A stretch of DNA of 20,619 nucleotides from the NCBI GenBank assembly GCA_044352465.1, contig JBILDU010000053.1, positions 1 to 20,619 of the forward strand, read 5' to 3'. Numbering within the stretch: the stretch's first letter is position 1; each line of letters starts with the position of its first letter. The notes beneath the pieces were generated by a model. That model made no database searches. It was not told the origin of the DNA and saw only the letters and a program-made list of their open reading frames with translations. The stretch comes from Bdellovibrionota bacterium. GTDB lineage: Bacteria; Bdellovibrionota_C; UBA2361. A program made the position numbers and the translations under genes. This document shows, one piece after another, positions 7,971 to 15,990 of this stretch.

Positions 7971-8004
7971 CCAAGCTAGTATAAAAACCAAGCTAGTATA
8001 AAAA
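7971..8004 (+). repeat. Perfect 17-bp tandem direct repeat CCAAGCTAGTATAAAAA x2
   Basis: Copies at 7971-7987 and 7988-8004, read directly from the sequence, in the 48-nt gap between the BON gene and the Cys-rich ORF. Confidence 0.95.
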
Positions 8005-8016
8005 GGTACGATAGCT

Positions 8017-8250
8017 ATGCGAACTCTTTATACCGCCGTGATGGGTTTCGTCCTTGTCAGTGGTGCGTTCGGTTGTGCCCCCCAATACAAAGCGACCCAC
8101 TGCGCCTGCATCGAGCAAAAGTGCGGGTGTCCACACTGCCCGCACAAACACGGTAAGTGCTGTGCCGCTGGCGACAAAGCCGACGTCGCTGCAGATGCGA
8201 AACAAAGCTGTTCGAGCTGCTCAGGGTCGACGTGCGGGGCTAAAAAGTAA
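8017..8250 (+). CDS. Small Cys/His-rich metallothionein-like putative lipoprotein (77 aa)
   Basis: SD-like AAAGGT upstream. Hydrophobic N-terminus with lipobox-like AFG|C20. The mature part has 10 further Cys in CxC, CxCxxC, CC and CxxC motifs plus 4 His. It fills the gap between the BON gene and nfo. Confidence 0.72.
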   Translation: MRTLYTAVMGFVLVSGAFGCAPQYKATHCACIEQKCGCPHCPHKHGKCCAAGDKADVAADAKQSCSSCSGSTCGAKK

Positions 8251-8299
8251 GCCCGCGCGGTTGACGGGGAGCGTTCGTATCGGCGAACATCCTCCCGCT

Positions 8300-9145
8300 A
8301 TGAAAAGATACCTCGGTTGTCACGTCTCAGCGAGTGGGGGCATGGAGATGGCCCTCGTTAACGCCCAGGAACTCGGCGTTAACACTATCCAGCTTCACCC
8401 CTCGCCCCCCCAACGTTGGAACGCCAAGCCGTTTCCTCCGGACTACGGCGCCAAATTTATCGCGCAACGCGCGAGCTCCGGAGTCGACAAGGTTTTTTTT
8501 CACGGTATCTACCTCATCAACCTCGCTAATCCTGACCCCCAACAACTGCACCTCTCCCGCACGTCTTTGGTGCATCACTTGGAGCTTACTGCGCAGATCG
8601 CGGGAGACGGAGTTATCTTCCACGTCGGCACGGCAAAACACGCAGCCGACGAAACCGCAGCGCTCCGCCAAGCCGCCGAAGGGGTAAATTGGATCATGGA
8701 GAACAGCCCAGCACCTGCGCGACTACTCCTTGAAGTTGCCGCGGGGGCAGGCTCGATCATCGGCGACCGGGTCGAGGAGCTCGCCGCAATATACGATCAG
8801 GTGGAGCAAAAAGAGCGCGTGGGCTTCGCGCTCGACTCTCAACATCTCTGGGCGAGTGGATACGACCTCACCAACGAACTCGATACCATCATCGATAGTT
8901 TCGAGCGGACCCTCGCGATCGAGAAGATCTGGGCGATCCATCTCAATGACAGCAAAACAGCGCTCGCGAGCAAGAAAGATCGCCACGAGAATCTCGGGGA
9001 TGGTGCGATCGGAAACTCCACGTTAAGCGCTTTTGTAAACCACCCCAAACTTCGCCACATCCCTTTCATTCTTGAGACGCCAGGTTTGAAGGATATGGAG
9101 ACGGCGAAGGTCGAGGTAGAGAAATTGAAGGCCATTGCGCGTTAA
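8300..9145 (+). CDS. nfo: Endonuclease IV (AP endonuclease family 2)
   Basis: Start set at ATG 8300 (MKRYLGCHVSASGG). Zn-ligand motifs HGIYLINLA, FHVG, LLEVAAG, LDSQHLWASGYDL, IHLNDSK, DRHENLGDGAIG and ILETP. Confidence 0.95.
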   Translation: MKRYLGCHVSASGGMEMALVNAQELGVNTIQLHPSPPQRWNAKPFPPDYGAKFIAQRASSGVDKVFFHGIYLINLANPDPQQLHLSRTSLVHHLELTAQIAGDGVIFHVGTAKHAADETAALRQAAEGVNWIMENSPAPARLLLEVAAGAGSIIGDRVEELAAIYDQVEQKERVGFALDSQHLWASGYDLTNELDTIIDSFERTLAIEKIWAIHLNDSKTALASKKDRHENLGDGAIGNSTLSAFVNHPKLRHIPFILETPGLKDMETAKVEVEKLKAIAR

Positions 9146-9275
9146 CCGATCGAACTGCCCCCACCATCTTCCTCAAAAGATGCCTCATCCACAGAGGCGG
9201 CCTTAAAAGCTAAGATTCAGCAATGGTCGAGTGGGGGTCATCGCAGATAAAACGTCGCGGCAGAAGAGGACGACG

Positions 9276-9668
9276 TTACCAACGAGCGGCGCTGAGCTTT
9301 TTCGCTCTTACTGCATATTTATTGCAGCTACGCTCTTTGAGAGCCTTGGCCCACGCAGCCCGACGGTCCGCGGCGACCCGCCGGGACGCCCGGTCAGCCC
9401 AGGAGATGCACTGAGAATACCGCTTGGTGTACCGAACGATTCGAACCGATCGCGTACGCGCCGCTTTAGACTGATCGCTGAGCTTTGTACAATAATCTGC
9501 CTGCGCGAGGGCACACGGGCTTAGCGGGTCAACCCAGTCGTAGTAGCGCCCGTTGTCATCGCAAAACATCACCGCCGGGCAGTACAGATCCTCTGCAATG
9601 GCTACGCTCGTCGACACCGCAACGCTCGGTAAGATAGCCAAAACAAAAGCGACGAGGATTCTTTTCAT
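9276..9668 (-). CDS. Hypothetical secreted protein with 6 Cys and a basic C-terminal half (130 aa)
   Basis: Start set at ATG 9668, giving signal peptide MKRILVAFVLAILPSVAVSTSVAIA|E. The even Cys number is consistent with disulfides. It is the only plausible gene in the nfo-rpsP gap. Confidence 0.6.
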   Translation of the reverse strand: MKRILVAFVLAILPSVAVSTSVAIAEDLYCPAVMFCDDNGRYYDWVDPLSPCALAQADYCTKLSDQSKAARTRSVRIVRYTKRYSQCISWADRASRRVAADRRAAWAKALKERSCNKYAVRAKKLSAARW

Positions 9669-9894
9669 CGATGCCACAAACAAGATCGCATCAAGCACTT
9701 CACCCACCTATCGGGGGTTACCTAAGAAGTGCTCCTACTAATTAAAACGGCGAATGATCTATCTCACCATTTAAAAGTCGATGCAACCAAAAGCTAACCA
9801 GTTGAAATAACAACACAAACGCAAACAGGCCGGCACCACGGCTCTCATAACCAGTCCGAGCTATTGGCGAAAAGGGTTTCCCCCCCCGGGCAGG

Positions 9895-9922
9895 TTGTAA
9901 AAGATAGCGGTTCTGTTAGACT
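9895..9922 (+). promoter_or_regulatory. Candidate sigma70 promoter for rpsP
   Basis: TTGTAA (9895-9900), 16-nt spacer, extended -10 TGn-TAGACT (9917-9922), 42 nt upstream of the GTG start. Confidence 0.5.
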
Positions 9923-9964
9923 GCCGCCCCTCAACCGATTTTAAACCTGTCTGGAGAGATTACA

Positions 9965-10309
9965 GTGGCGGTTACACTTAGACTAGCGCGGTACGGCGTA
10001 CGCAAAAATGCGTTCTATCGATTCGTAGCGCTTGAGAAGGCGAACAAGAGAAATGGTGGTGTTATCGAGAATCTCGGCACCTACAACCCAATGGTGGAGC
10101 CCCCGGTAATCAACCTCAAAGAGGACCGAGTACGTCGGTGGATTGAGGTAGGCGCTCAGGTGAGCGGTGTCGCGCGCGACCTCATCATCAAGAAGTTCCC
10201 TGGCCTCATCGAGAAGCGTGAAGAGCACCAACGCAAGAAGGTTCAGGCTGCTCGCAAGGCGCGCAAAGCTCGCCTCGCCGGTAAAGGCACCAAGAAGAGC
10301 AAGAAGTAG
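9965..10309 (+). CDS. rpsP: 30S ribosomal protein S16 with a Lys/Arg-rich C-terminal extension
   Basis: MAVTLRLARYG...FYRFVA...IENLGTYNP...RVRRWIEVGAQVS. GTG start with SD GGAGAG. Located upstream of trmD. Confidence 0.96.
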   Translation: MAVTLRLARYGVRKNAFYRFVALEKANKRNGGVIENLGTYNPMVEPPVINLKEDRVRRWIEVGAQVSGVARDLIIKKFPGLIEKREEHQRKKVQAARKARKARLAGKGTKKSKK

Positions 10310-10332
10310 TTCTGCTTACCTTTACTAAAGAG

Positions 10333-10364
10333 AAAGCCCGCTCCTAACCCGAGTGGGCTTTTTT
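10333..10364 (+). terminator. Intrinsic (Rho-independent) terminator or attenuator between rpsP and trmD
   Basis: AAAGCCCGCTC / CTAACCC loop / GAGTGGGCTTT (one G-U pair), running into a T6 tract. Confidence 0.8.
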
Positions 10365-10371
10365 GTATTCG

Positions 10372-11079
10372 ATGCACATCACCATCCTCACCATATTTCC
10401 AGAGCTATTCGATAGCTTTCTCGGGACGAGCCTTATCGCCAAAGCGGTTGAAGGGGGGACTATCACCTTTACCCGGATCGATATACGCGACTTTGCAGCC
10501 CCTCCCCACTTCGCCGTGGACGACACACCGTACGGCGGAGGAGCGGGCATGGTGATGAAACCGGAGCCGCTCGCCAAAGCCATCGCGGCAGCGCAAGAGT
10601 GCTCCCCCGGCGCTCCAGTCATTCTCCTCTCGCCTGCGGGCACGCCGTTTTCCCAGGGCAAAGCGCTCGAGCTCAGCCGCCTCCCGGGCATCATCCTCGT
10701 CTGCGGTCGATACGAAGGAGTGGATGAGCGGGTAATCGAGAGCTCGATCGATCTCGAAGTATCGATCGGAGACTATGTTCTTATGGGTGGCGAAGTTCCA
10801 GCGATGGTCATCATCGAAGCAACGACCCGGCTTATTAAAGATGTCGTGGGCAACGCCGCTTCGATCGAAGAGGAGTCGTTTGCGGGCAATCTTGGTGGCT
10901 CCCCTCTTCTCGAAGCCCCCCACTACACCCGCCCCGCGGAGTATGAGGGCAAAGCGGTGCCCCCGGTTCTACTCTCAGGAAACCACAGCAAGATCGCGGC
11001 ATGGCGACAGGAGCAAAGTCTCCTTCGAACGAAAGCCCGCCGGCCCGATCTGCTCAACAAAGCCAAGTTAAAGGAGTAA
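10372..11079 (+). CDS. trmD: tRNA (guanine37-N1)-methyltransferase
   Basis: MHITILTIFPELF, VDDTPYGGGAGMVMKPEP, LLSPAG, LVCGRYEGVDERV, SIGDYVLMGGEVPAM, LLEAPHYTRP, VPPVLLSGNH. Start set at ATG 10372. Confidence 0.97.
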   Translation: MHITILTIFPELFDSFLGTSLIAKAVEGGTITFTRIDIRDFAAPPHFAVDDTPYGGGAGMVMKPEPLAKAIAAAQECSPGAPVILLSPAGTPFSQGKALELSRLPGIILVCGRYEGVDERVIESSIDLEVSIGDYVLMGGEVPAMVIIEATTRLIKDVVGNAASIEEESFAGNLGGSPLLEAPHYTRPAEYEGKAVPPVLLSGNHSKIAAWRQEQSLLRTKARRPDLLNKAKLKE

Positions 11080-11083
11080 CACT

Positions 11084-11665
11084 ATGACGGAGCGGTCCAA
11101 GCCGGCACAGGGAGATCTCAGCGTCATCTTGCTGCACGACAAAATGGTGGATAAGCAAGGGAAGCTGATTACCTCATCGCTGACGATGATCGATGTGCAC
11201 GATATTGCGCGCAGCTCCCGTACGTTCGGCGTCACGAACGTCTTCATCGCCCACCCGGCGCCGACTTTGCGCAAGCTCGCCCTCACTCTCAAAAACCATT
11301 GGGAAGAGGGCTTTGGCGCTACCTACAACCCGAACCGAAAAGATGCGATCGAGCTTGTTCAGGTTGTCCACGATCTCGACGAAGCGATCCAGCATATCGA
11401 CCTCCGTACCGGCAAGCTTCCAAAGCTCGTGGCCACTTCAGCGAAACCGGGGGGAGATCGCACCGACTTCGAAAGCTTTAAACGACTGCTCGCCTCCTCC
11501 GACGAGCCCCATCTGCTCATGTTTGGAACCGGCTGGGGCATGAGCCAAGAACTACTCGATCGCGCCGATATCTTCCTCGACCCCATCAACGGACCGAAAG
11601 AATATAACCACCTCTCGGTGCGGTCGGCGTGCGCGATTATGCTCGATCGGCTCTTTGGGCACTAA
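11084..11665 (+). CDS. SPOUT-class SAM-dependent RNA methyltransferase, DUF2168 / Methyltrn_RNA_4 family
   Basis: LLH...DKQG..ITSSLT.IDVHDIARSSRTFGV, HW.EG.GA.YNP.RK.A, LVATSA, LLMFGTGWG, YNHLSVRSACAIMLDRL. SD AAGGAG overlaps the end of trmD. Confidence 0.92.
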   Translation: MTERSKPAQGDLSVILLHDKMVDKQGKLITSSLTMIDVHDIARSSRTFGVTNVFIAHPAPTLRKLALTLKNHWEEGFGATYNPNRKDAIELVQVVHDLDEAIQHIDLRTGKLPKLVATSAKPGGDRTDFESFKRLLASSDEPHLLMFGTGWGMSQELLDRADIFLDPINGPKEYNHLSVRSACAIMLDRLFGH

Positions 11666-11749
11666 CTTCGCATCGAGATGGCATCGTCTCCCTCAATTGA
11701 GCCCACAAGCGTGAGAACGCCAACCATCAACGGCGCCCCCTCAGGGGAG

Positions 11750-12547
11750 CTACCACAGCACCCACAACACGAGGCACCCCAACGCTACCCGATAAACACC
11801 AAAACCCTGCAGGGAGAACTTCCCTAAAAGGGCGATCATAAACCGTATCGCAAGAAGCGCAGAGAGAAAGGCAACCAGAAACCCGACGGCAAACACCGGC
11901 AAATCGCCGAGGGAGAGGTACCCGAGATGCTTGTACATATCGTACGTGACTGCAGCGCACATAATCGGCACAGCCGCGAGAAAGGAGAACTCGGCGGCGA
12001 CGGTACGGTGGAGGCCACAAACGATCCCACCGACGATCGTGCTTCCAGAGCGGGACATTCCCGGCCAGAGCGATAAGCATTGGAAGAAACCGATAATAAG
12101 GCATTGCCGCGGGGTCACCGCCTCAATCGGTATACCCGCTTTGGGAGGAAAGAGCCGCTCGATGACGATCAGAACGAGACCACCAACGATCAATGCTACA
12201 GCTACCGGTAGCGGGCCAAAAAGCTCCGCTTTAATCGTCTTATGAAAAAGAAAGCCTAACAGTAGCGCGGGAAGCGAGACCAGCGCGAGCTTCTGAATCG
12301 CAGCGATTCCCTTGAAGCCATGATCCTTGGCCGCGAAATCAAAGAGACCGGTAAAGCGCTTCGGATAAAGCCACACGACCGCCAGGATCGCCCCGAGCTG
12401 AATGAAGACCTCAAAGACATGGGCTCGCTCACCCTGAAACTCGAGTGCGTGCCCCACGAGAATAAGGTGCCCGGTGCTCGAAATCGGTAAAAACTCGGTG
12501 AGCCCCTCAACGATACCGAGGACAAAGGCGATAAAAAGCTCATTCAC
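11750..12547 (-). CDS. uppP: Undecaprenyl-diphosphate phosphatase (BacA/UppP)
   Basis: GIVEGLTEFLPISSTGHLIL, FEVFIQLGAILAV, IGFFQCLSLWPGMSRSGSTI, AAEFSFLAAVP. GTG start. Confidence 0.97.
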   Translation of the reverse strand: MNELFIAFVLGIVEGLTEFLPISSTGHLILVGHALEFQGERAHVFEVFIQLGAILAVVWLYPKRFTGLFDFAAKDHGFKGIAAIQKLALVSLPALLLGFLFHKTIKAELFGPLPVAVALIVGGLVLIVIERLFPPKAGIPIEAVTPRQCLIIGFFQCLSLWPGMSRSGSTIVGGIVCGLHRTVAAEFSFLAAVPIMCAAVTYDMYKHLGYLSLGDLPVFAVGFLVAFLSALLAIRFMIALLGKFSLQGFGVYRVALGCLVLWVLW

Positions 12548-12577
12548 GACACATACCTATGAAAAGCACCCACCACC

Positions 12578-12606
12578 TTTGTAGCCGCGGCACTCACACC
12601 GAGCAA
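12578..12606 (-). promoter_or_regulatory. Weak candidate sigma70 promoter for uppP
   Basis: Minus strand TTGCTC - 17 nt - TACAAA. The -10 element lacks the conserved final T. Confidence 0.2.
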
Positions 12607-12677
12607 GCACTTCGAATGAGGGTGCGCCCTTGCGAGAGCCTCCGCCCACCGCAGAGCCCTCAGCTTCGACAATCCGC

Positions 12678-14375
12678 TCACTCCCTCTGAACCACCTCGA
12701 CTAGCGCTACTCTATCGCGGGGCTTCACCACGCCGTAGCTTGAAATCGAATGGATTTTGGTTAAGCGTTCCGGCGCAATAGCTTGGTGAAGACGGTCGAT
12801 ATTGCGCTCCAGGACGAGTATCTTCGCACCCACTTCAATCTCGGGAGTAAAACGATAGATCTCGCGGTGAAGATAGAAACTCACCCCGTAAAACTCCGTA
12901 CCGAACGAATAAAGTTTATCAACTCCCTGCATCTGCGGCGCAAGATCCGCCGCATACCGTTTGAGCGAGAGTGGGCGCTGGAGCGCCGGCACTATCACTG
13001 CGTTCGCCGCGAGATAGAGTGCCCCGAGAAGAGACACGACGTTGAGGAACTCCCGCCCCCGCCACGGTCTTACCAAGGACCACAGCCCGAAAAAGAGGAG
13101 TCCGCTTACCACCGCCAATCCGCCCGGCTCATACACCACACTCCCGAGCTGCGTCCCAAAATAGGTCGCATCGAAAAGCGCGTTCGGCTTCCTCACGAAT
13201 GCCCCTAACTCAAAAACCCCGTAAATGTACGCCGTGGCCAAACCGATCGCTATGAGGATCACCGCTCCAAGGGTCCGCGCACCGCGCCTCCATACCGCCG
13301 CAGAAACCTTGGTCTCAATAAAGTGGGCGAGGAAAAACGCGATAAAGGGATATGCCGGTAAGAGATAGACTCCCCGCTTACTCGTAGGAATCGAAAAGAA
13401 TACGAGGAACGCTCCGATCACGATGAGCGCATACCTTTCAAACGGGGTGAGCGATCGGAAACGTGCTCCGACCGACCGGAATAACCCTCCGGCACGAATC
13501 CGCTGGATACCCGCCGAGACAAGCGAAGGACCAAGCAGCAAGGTCCACGGCAGGAATCCGATCAAGACAGTAAGATACAGATAAAGCGCGGAGTGGGCGT
13601 GCGGCTTGTCCTCCATGGTCCCCGAAAAACGTTCGACGTTCTCATAGAGAACCTTGGAGAGAAAATCATCGCCCCCCTGCTTCCATGCAAGCCAGTACCA
13701 GACCCCCGACCCGATAACGATCGGCACCACGACGACGAACGCCTTACCGATAATCCGAGTAAAACGGTGCCGCTCGCACAGGAGAAAAAGCCCCAGGATC
13801 CCCCCCGGTAAGACGATACTCATCGGCCCTTTCGTCAAGGTGGCGGCGATCAAAAGGAGTATCGCCCCGAGCGGCACTCCTCGAAGATCCCGCTCAGCCC
13901 AAACATAAAGAGCGAGGAGCGCCCCAGAGAGAAGCGCGGTAAGAGTCATATCGACCCGGCAGTTAATCGAGGAGCGAAACCATTCGATGCCCAGAAGCAA
14001 GACAAGACAGCTCCACATGGCACGTTGGTTCGAATAACGCCGCGCGATAAAAAGATAAAACGCCGCCAGAAAAACGAGCGCCGCTAAGGCCGAGGGGAAT
14101 CGGGCCGTAAATTCATTCACTTCCCCCGCCAGATGGGAGACCACACCGATCACCCAGTGCATGAAAGGCGGTTTCGATGGCACATCATCGCTATAGCCCC
14201 GCGGGAGGATCCAATCACCTGAGGTGACCATCGCTTGTGCGACCAGCGCCTCACGGGGCTCTCCACGGGTTGAAAACGGGGTCAAACCCAACCACGGAAT
14301 CGTTAACACAAAAAAGAGGGAGAGAAGGGCGACGAACGGAACCCAATCAATTCGCTGATGTTTCGGATAATTCAT
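12678..14375 (-). CDS. ArnT/PMT-family (GT-C fold, GT83/GT39-like) polyprenyl-phosphate-sugar glycosyltransferase
   Basis: GEPREALVAQAMV..GDWILP...SKPPFMHW, EFTARFPSA, RVDMTL, LTKGP, GFLPW, FFSIPTSKRGVYLLPAYP. Many TM segments and a C-terminal soluble domain. Confidence 0.92.
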   Translation of the reverse strand: MNYPKHQRIDWVPFVALLSLFFVLTIPWLGLTPFSTRGEPREALVAQAMVTSGDWILPRGYSDDVPSKPPFMHWVIGVVSHLAGEVNEFTARFPSALAALVFLAAFYLFIARRYSNQRAMWSCLVLLLGIEWFRSSINCRVDMTLTALLSGALLALYVWAERDLRGVPLGAILLLIAATLTKGPMSIVLPGGILGLFLLCERHRFTRIIGKAFVVVVPIVIGSGVWYWLAWKQGGDDFLSKVLYENVERFSGTMEDKPHAHSALYLYLTVLIGFLPWTLLLGPSLVSAGIQRIRAGGLFRSVGARFRSLTPFERYALIVIGAFLVFFSIPTSKRGVYLLPAYPFIAFFLAHFIETKVSAAVWRRGARTLGAVILIAIGLATAYIYGVFELGAFVRKPNALFDATYFGTQLGSVVYEPGGLAVVSGLLFFGLWSLVRPWRGREFLNVVSLLGALYLAANAVIVPALQRPLSLKRYAADLAPQMQGVDKLYSFGTEFYGVSFYLHREIYRFTPEIEVGAKILVLERNIDRLHQAIAPERLTKIHSISSYGVVKPRDRVALVEVVQRE

Positions 14376-14422
14376 GTCTGCCAGGTGAAAATACTGGATC
14401 AGTCACGCGCATCCGGTTGATC

Positions 14423-15865
14423 TTAACGCCCGGCCCCCGTTTCGCGTTCCGCGACCCGCTTAATACCCTGTAACATCCCATTAAAGACGTACTCGTGCAA
14501 AGGGAGCACGGCATACCAATAAAGTCGCCCCCAAACTCCGTGCGGCCAAAAATGCGCCTTCAGAGCGAGGGCGGAGCCGCCCCCCTCGACCGGGGAAGTT
14601 TCAAAAGTGAGTCGAGCCACTCCGGGGAGCATCATCTCAGCGCGAAGAACGATAACTCTATCGAGCTCACGGCGCTCCACCCGCCAAAAATCGACCGGAT
14701 CGCCCACCGCTAAGTGTACCCGATCACGGCGACCTCGGCGCATGCCGATCCCCCCAAGGACGTAATCGAGCGCTGCACGTAAGTTCCATAGCCAATCGGC
14801 ATGGTACCATCCATTGTCCCCGCCGATCCGCTCAACAACGCCAAAGAGTGTCTCGACCGGAGCTCCGACCGATACCGTCCGTTCATCCCGCAAAAGAGCG
14901 CCGTGCTCCGCTTCAATCGGCGCATACGCTACCGTCGTTGCGTCGCTCCAAACACTCTCCTCCTCGCCTCGGACCGTCTTCGATACGGCGAGATGCACCG
15001 CCTCGTCGTACGTTATCTCGGGAACCTTGATCCAGTCGCGAATACGATTATCAGAGCACACCACATCGTTTCGAAGTCCCTCAACGAGTGGGCGAGCGAG
15101 GCTCATCGGCACGTGGGTGACAAGATTGAGCCAATAGCTCGAAAGCGCCGGCGTCAGAACCGGCACGTTGAGAATATGTATCCTCCGCCCCAATACCCGC
15201 GCGCATCGACGCATCATATCCGCATAGGTCATTATCTCGCCGCCGCCGATCTCGAGGACCTGCCCCACCGAGCGGGGCTCATCGAGCACCCCCACGAGAT
15301 AGCCGATAACTTGTCGTATCGCGATCGGCTCGCACCGGGAGCGTACCCAGCGCGGACAGATCATCACCGGGAGCTTCCGCACGAGATCGTGCAATATCGT
15401 GAAGGACGCGGAGCCGGAGCCGACGATAATCGCAGCCCGGAGCTCAGTGACCGGAACGGTGCCCTGCCGCAGTATCGCACCGGTCTCATGACGACTCTTG
15501 AGGTGCTCAGACAGCTCGGGGCCCGCGCGACCCAGCCCACCTAAGTAAACGATCCGTTTTACTCCCGCTGCGGTCGCCGCACTTGCAAAGTTTTCCGCTG
15601 CTAACCGGTCGCGCTCCACAAAACCGTGCCCCGACGTCGTCATCGAGTGAATGAGATAGTAGGCGACGTCAATCCCCGCAAACGCGGCTGGTAAGGTTGT
15701 GCGCTCCAGCGCATCGCCCCTTACGACCTCGACTTCCGGCCATACCTTCCGCGAGAGTTTCAGTGGCTCCCGAGCCATCACCCGGACGCGATGTCCGCGC
15801 TCAAGGAGGGCGGGCACAAGCCTCCCGCCAATATAACCGGTCGCTCCGGTAACGAGAATATGCAC
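14423..15865 (-). CDS. Atypical SDR / NAD(P)-binding oxidoreductase with C-terminal DUF2867 (YbjT-like)
   Basis: ILVTGATGYIGGRLV, AYYLIHSM, RIVYLGGLG, LSEHLKSR.E.G, ELRAAIIVGSGSASF. C-terminal IGGDNGWY..DWLW.LR..LD, GD.VDFWRV, LRAEM.LPG.A.L and P.G.WGRLYWY. GTG start. Confidence 0.92.
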   Translation of the reverse strand: MHILVTGATGYIGGRLVPALLERGHRVRVMAREPLKLSRKVWPEVEVVRGDALERTTLPAAFAGIDVAYYLIHSMTTSGHGFVERDRLAAENFASAATAAGVKRIVYLGGLGRAGPELSEHLKSRHETGAILRQGTVPVTELRAAIIVGSGSASFTILHDLVRKLPVMICPRWVRSRCEPIAIRQVIGYLVGVLDEPRSVGQVLEIGGGEIMTYADMMRRCARVLGRRIHILNVPVLTPALSSYWLNLVTHVPMSLARPLVEGLRNDVVCSDNRIRDWIKVPEITYDEAVHLAVSKTVRGEEESVWSDATTVAYAPIEAEHGALLRDERTVSVGAPVETLFGVVERIGGDNGWYHADWLWNLRAALDYVLGGIGMRRGRRDRVHLAVGDPVDFWRVERRELDRVIVLRAEMMLPGVARLTFETSPVEGGGSALALKAHFWPHGVWGRLYWYAVLPLHEYVFNGMLQGIKRVAERETGAGR

Positions 15866-15990
15866 TGGGAATCGCGTGCCTCACTCAATAAATTTTCAAC
15901 GCCCCTACCCCGCCGAAGAGTGGGGCCCCAGGAGCCATGCCTGAAACTTGGCACCGATGACGAGTCCCACCGGGCCATTAAAAAACACGT

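Noticed and set aside
7971..8004. CRISPR or iteron interpretation of the 17-bp repeat
   Set aside because: Only two adjacent copies, no spacer, and no cas or rep gene nearby.
8054..8299. 82-aa N-terminal extension of nfo in the ORF track (GTG 8054)
   Set aside because: Endonuclease IV homology starts at MKRYLGCHVS (8300). The extension is low-complexity and overlaps the better-supported Cys-rich gene in another frame.
9880..9887. C8 homopolymer upstream of the rpsP promoter (another C8 at 2922-2929)
   Set aside because: Short runs in GC-rich DNA. One is upstream of the -35 of an essential gene and the other lies between convergent genes, so phase variation is unlikely.
14801..15544. 247-aa plus-strand ORF antisense to the SDR gene
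   Set aside because: Arg/His-rich antisense shadow typical of GC-rich coding DNA.
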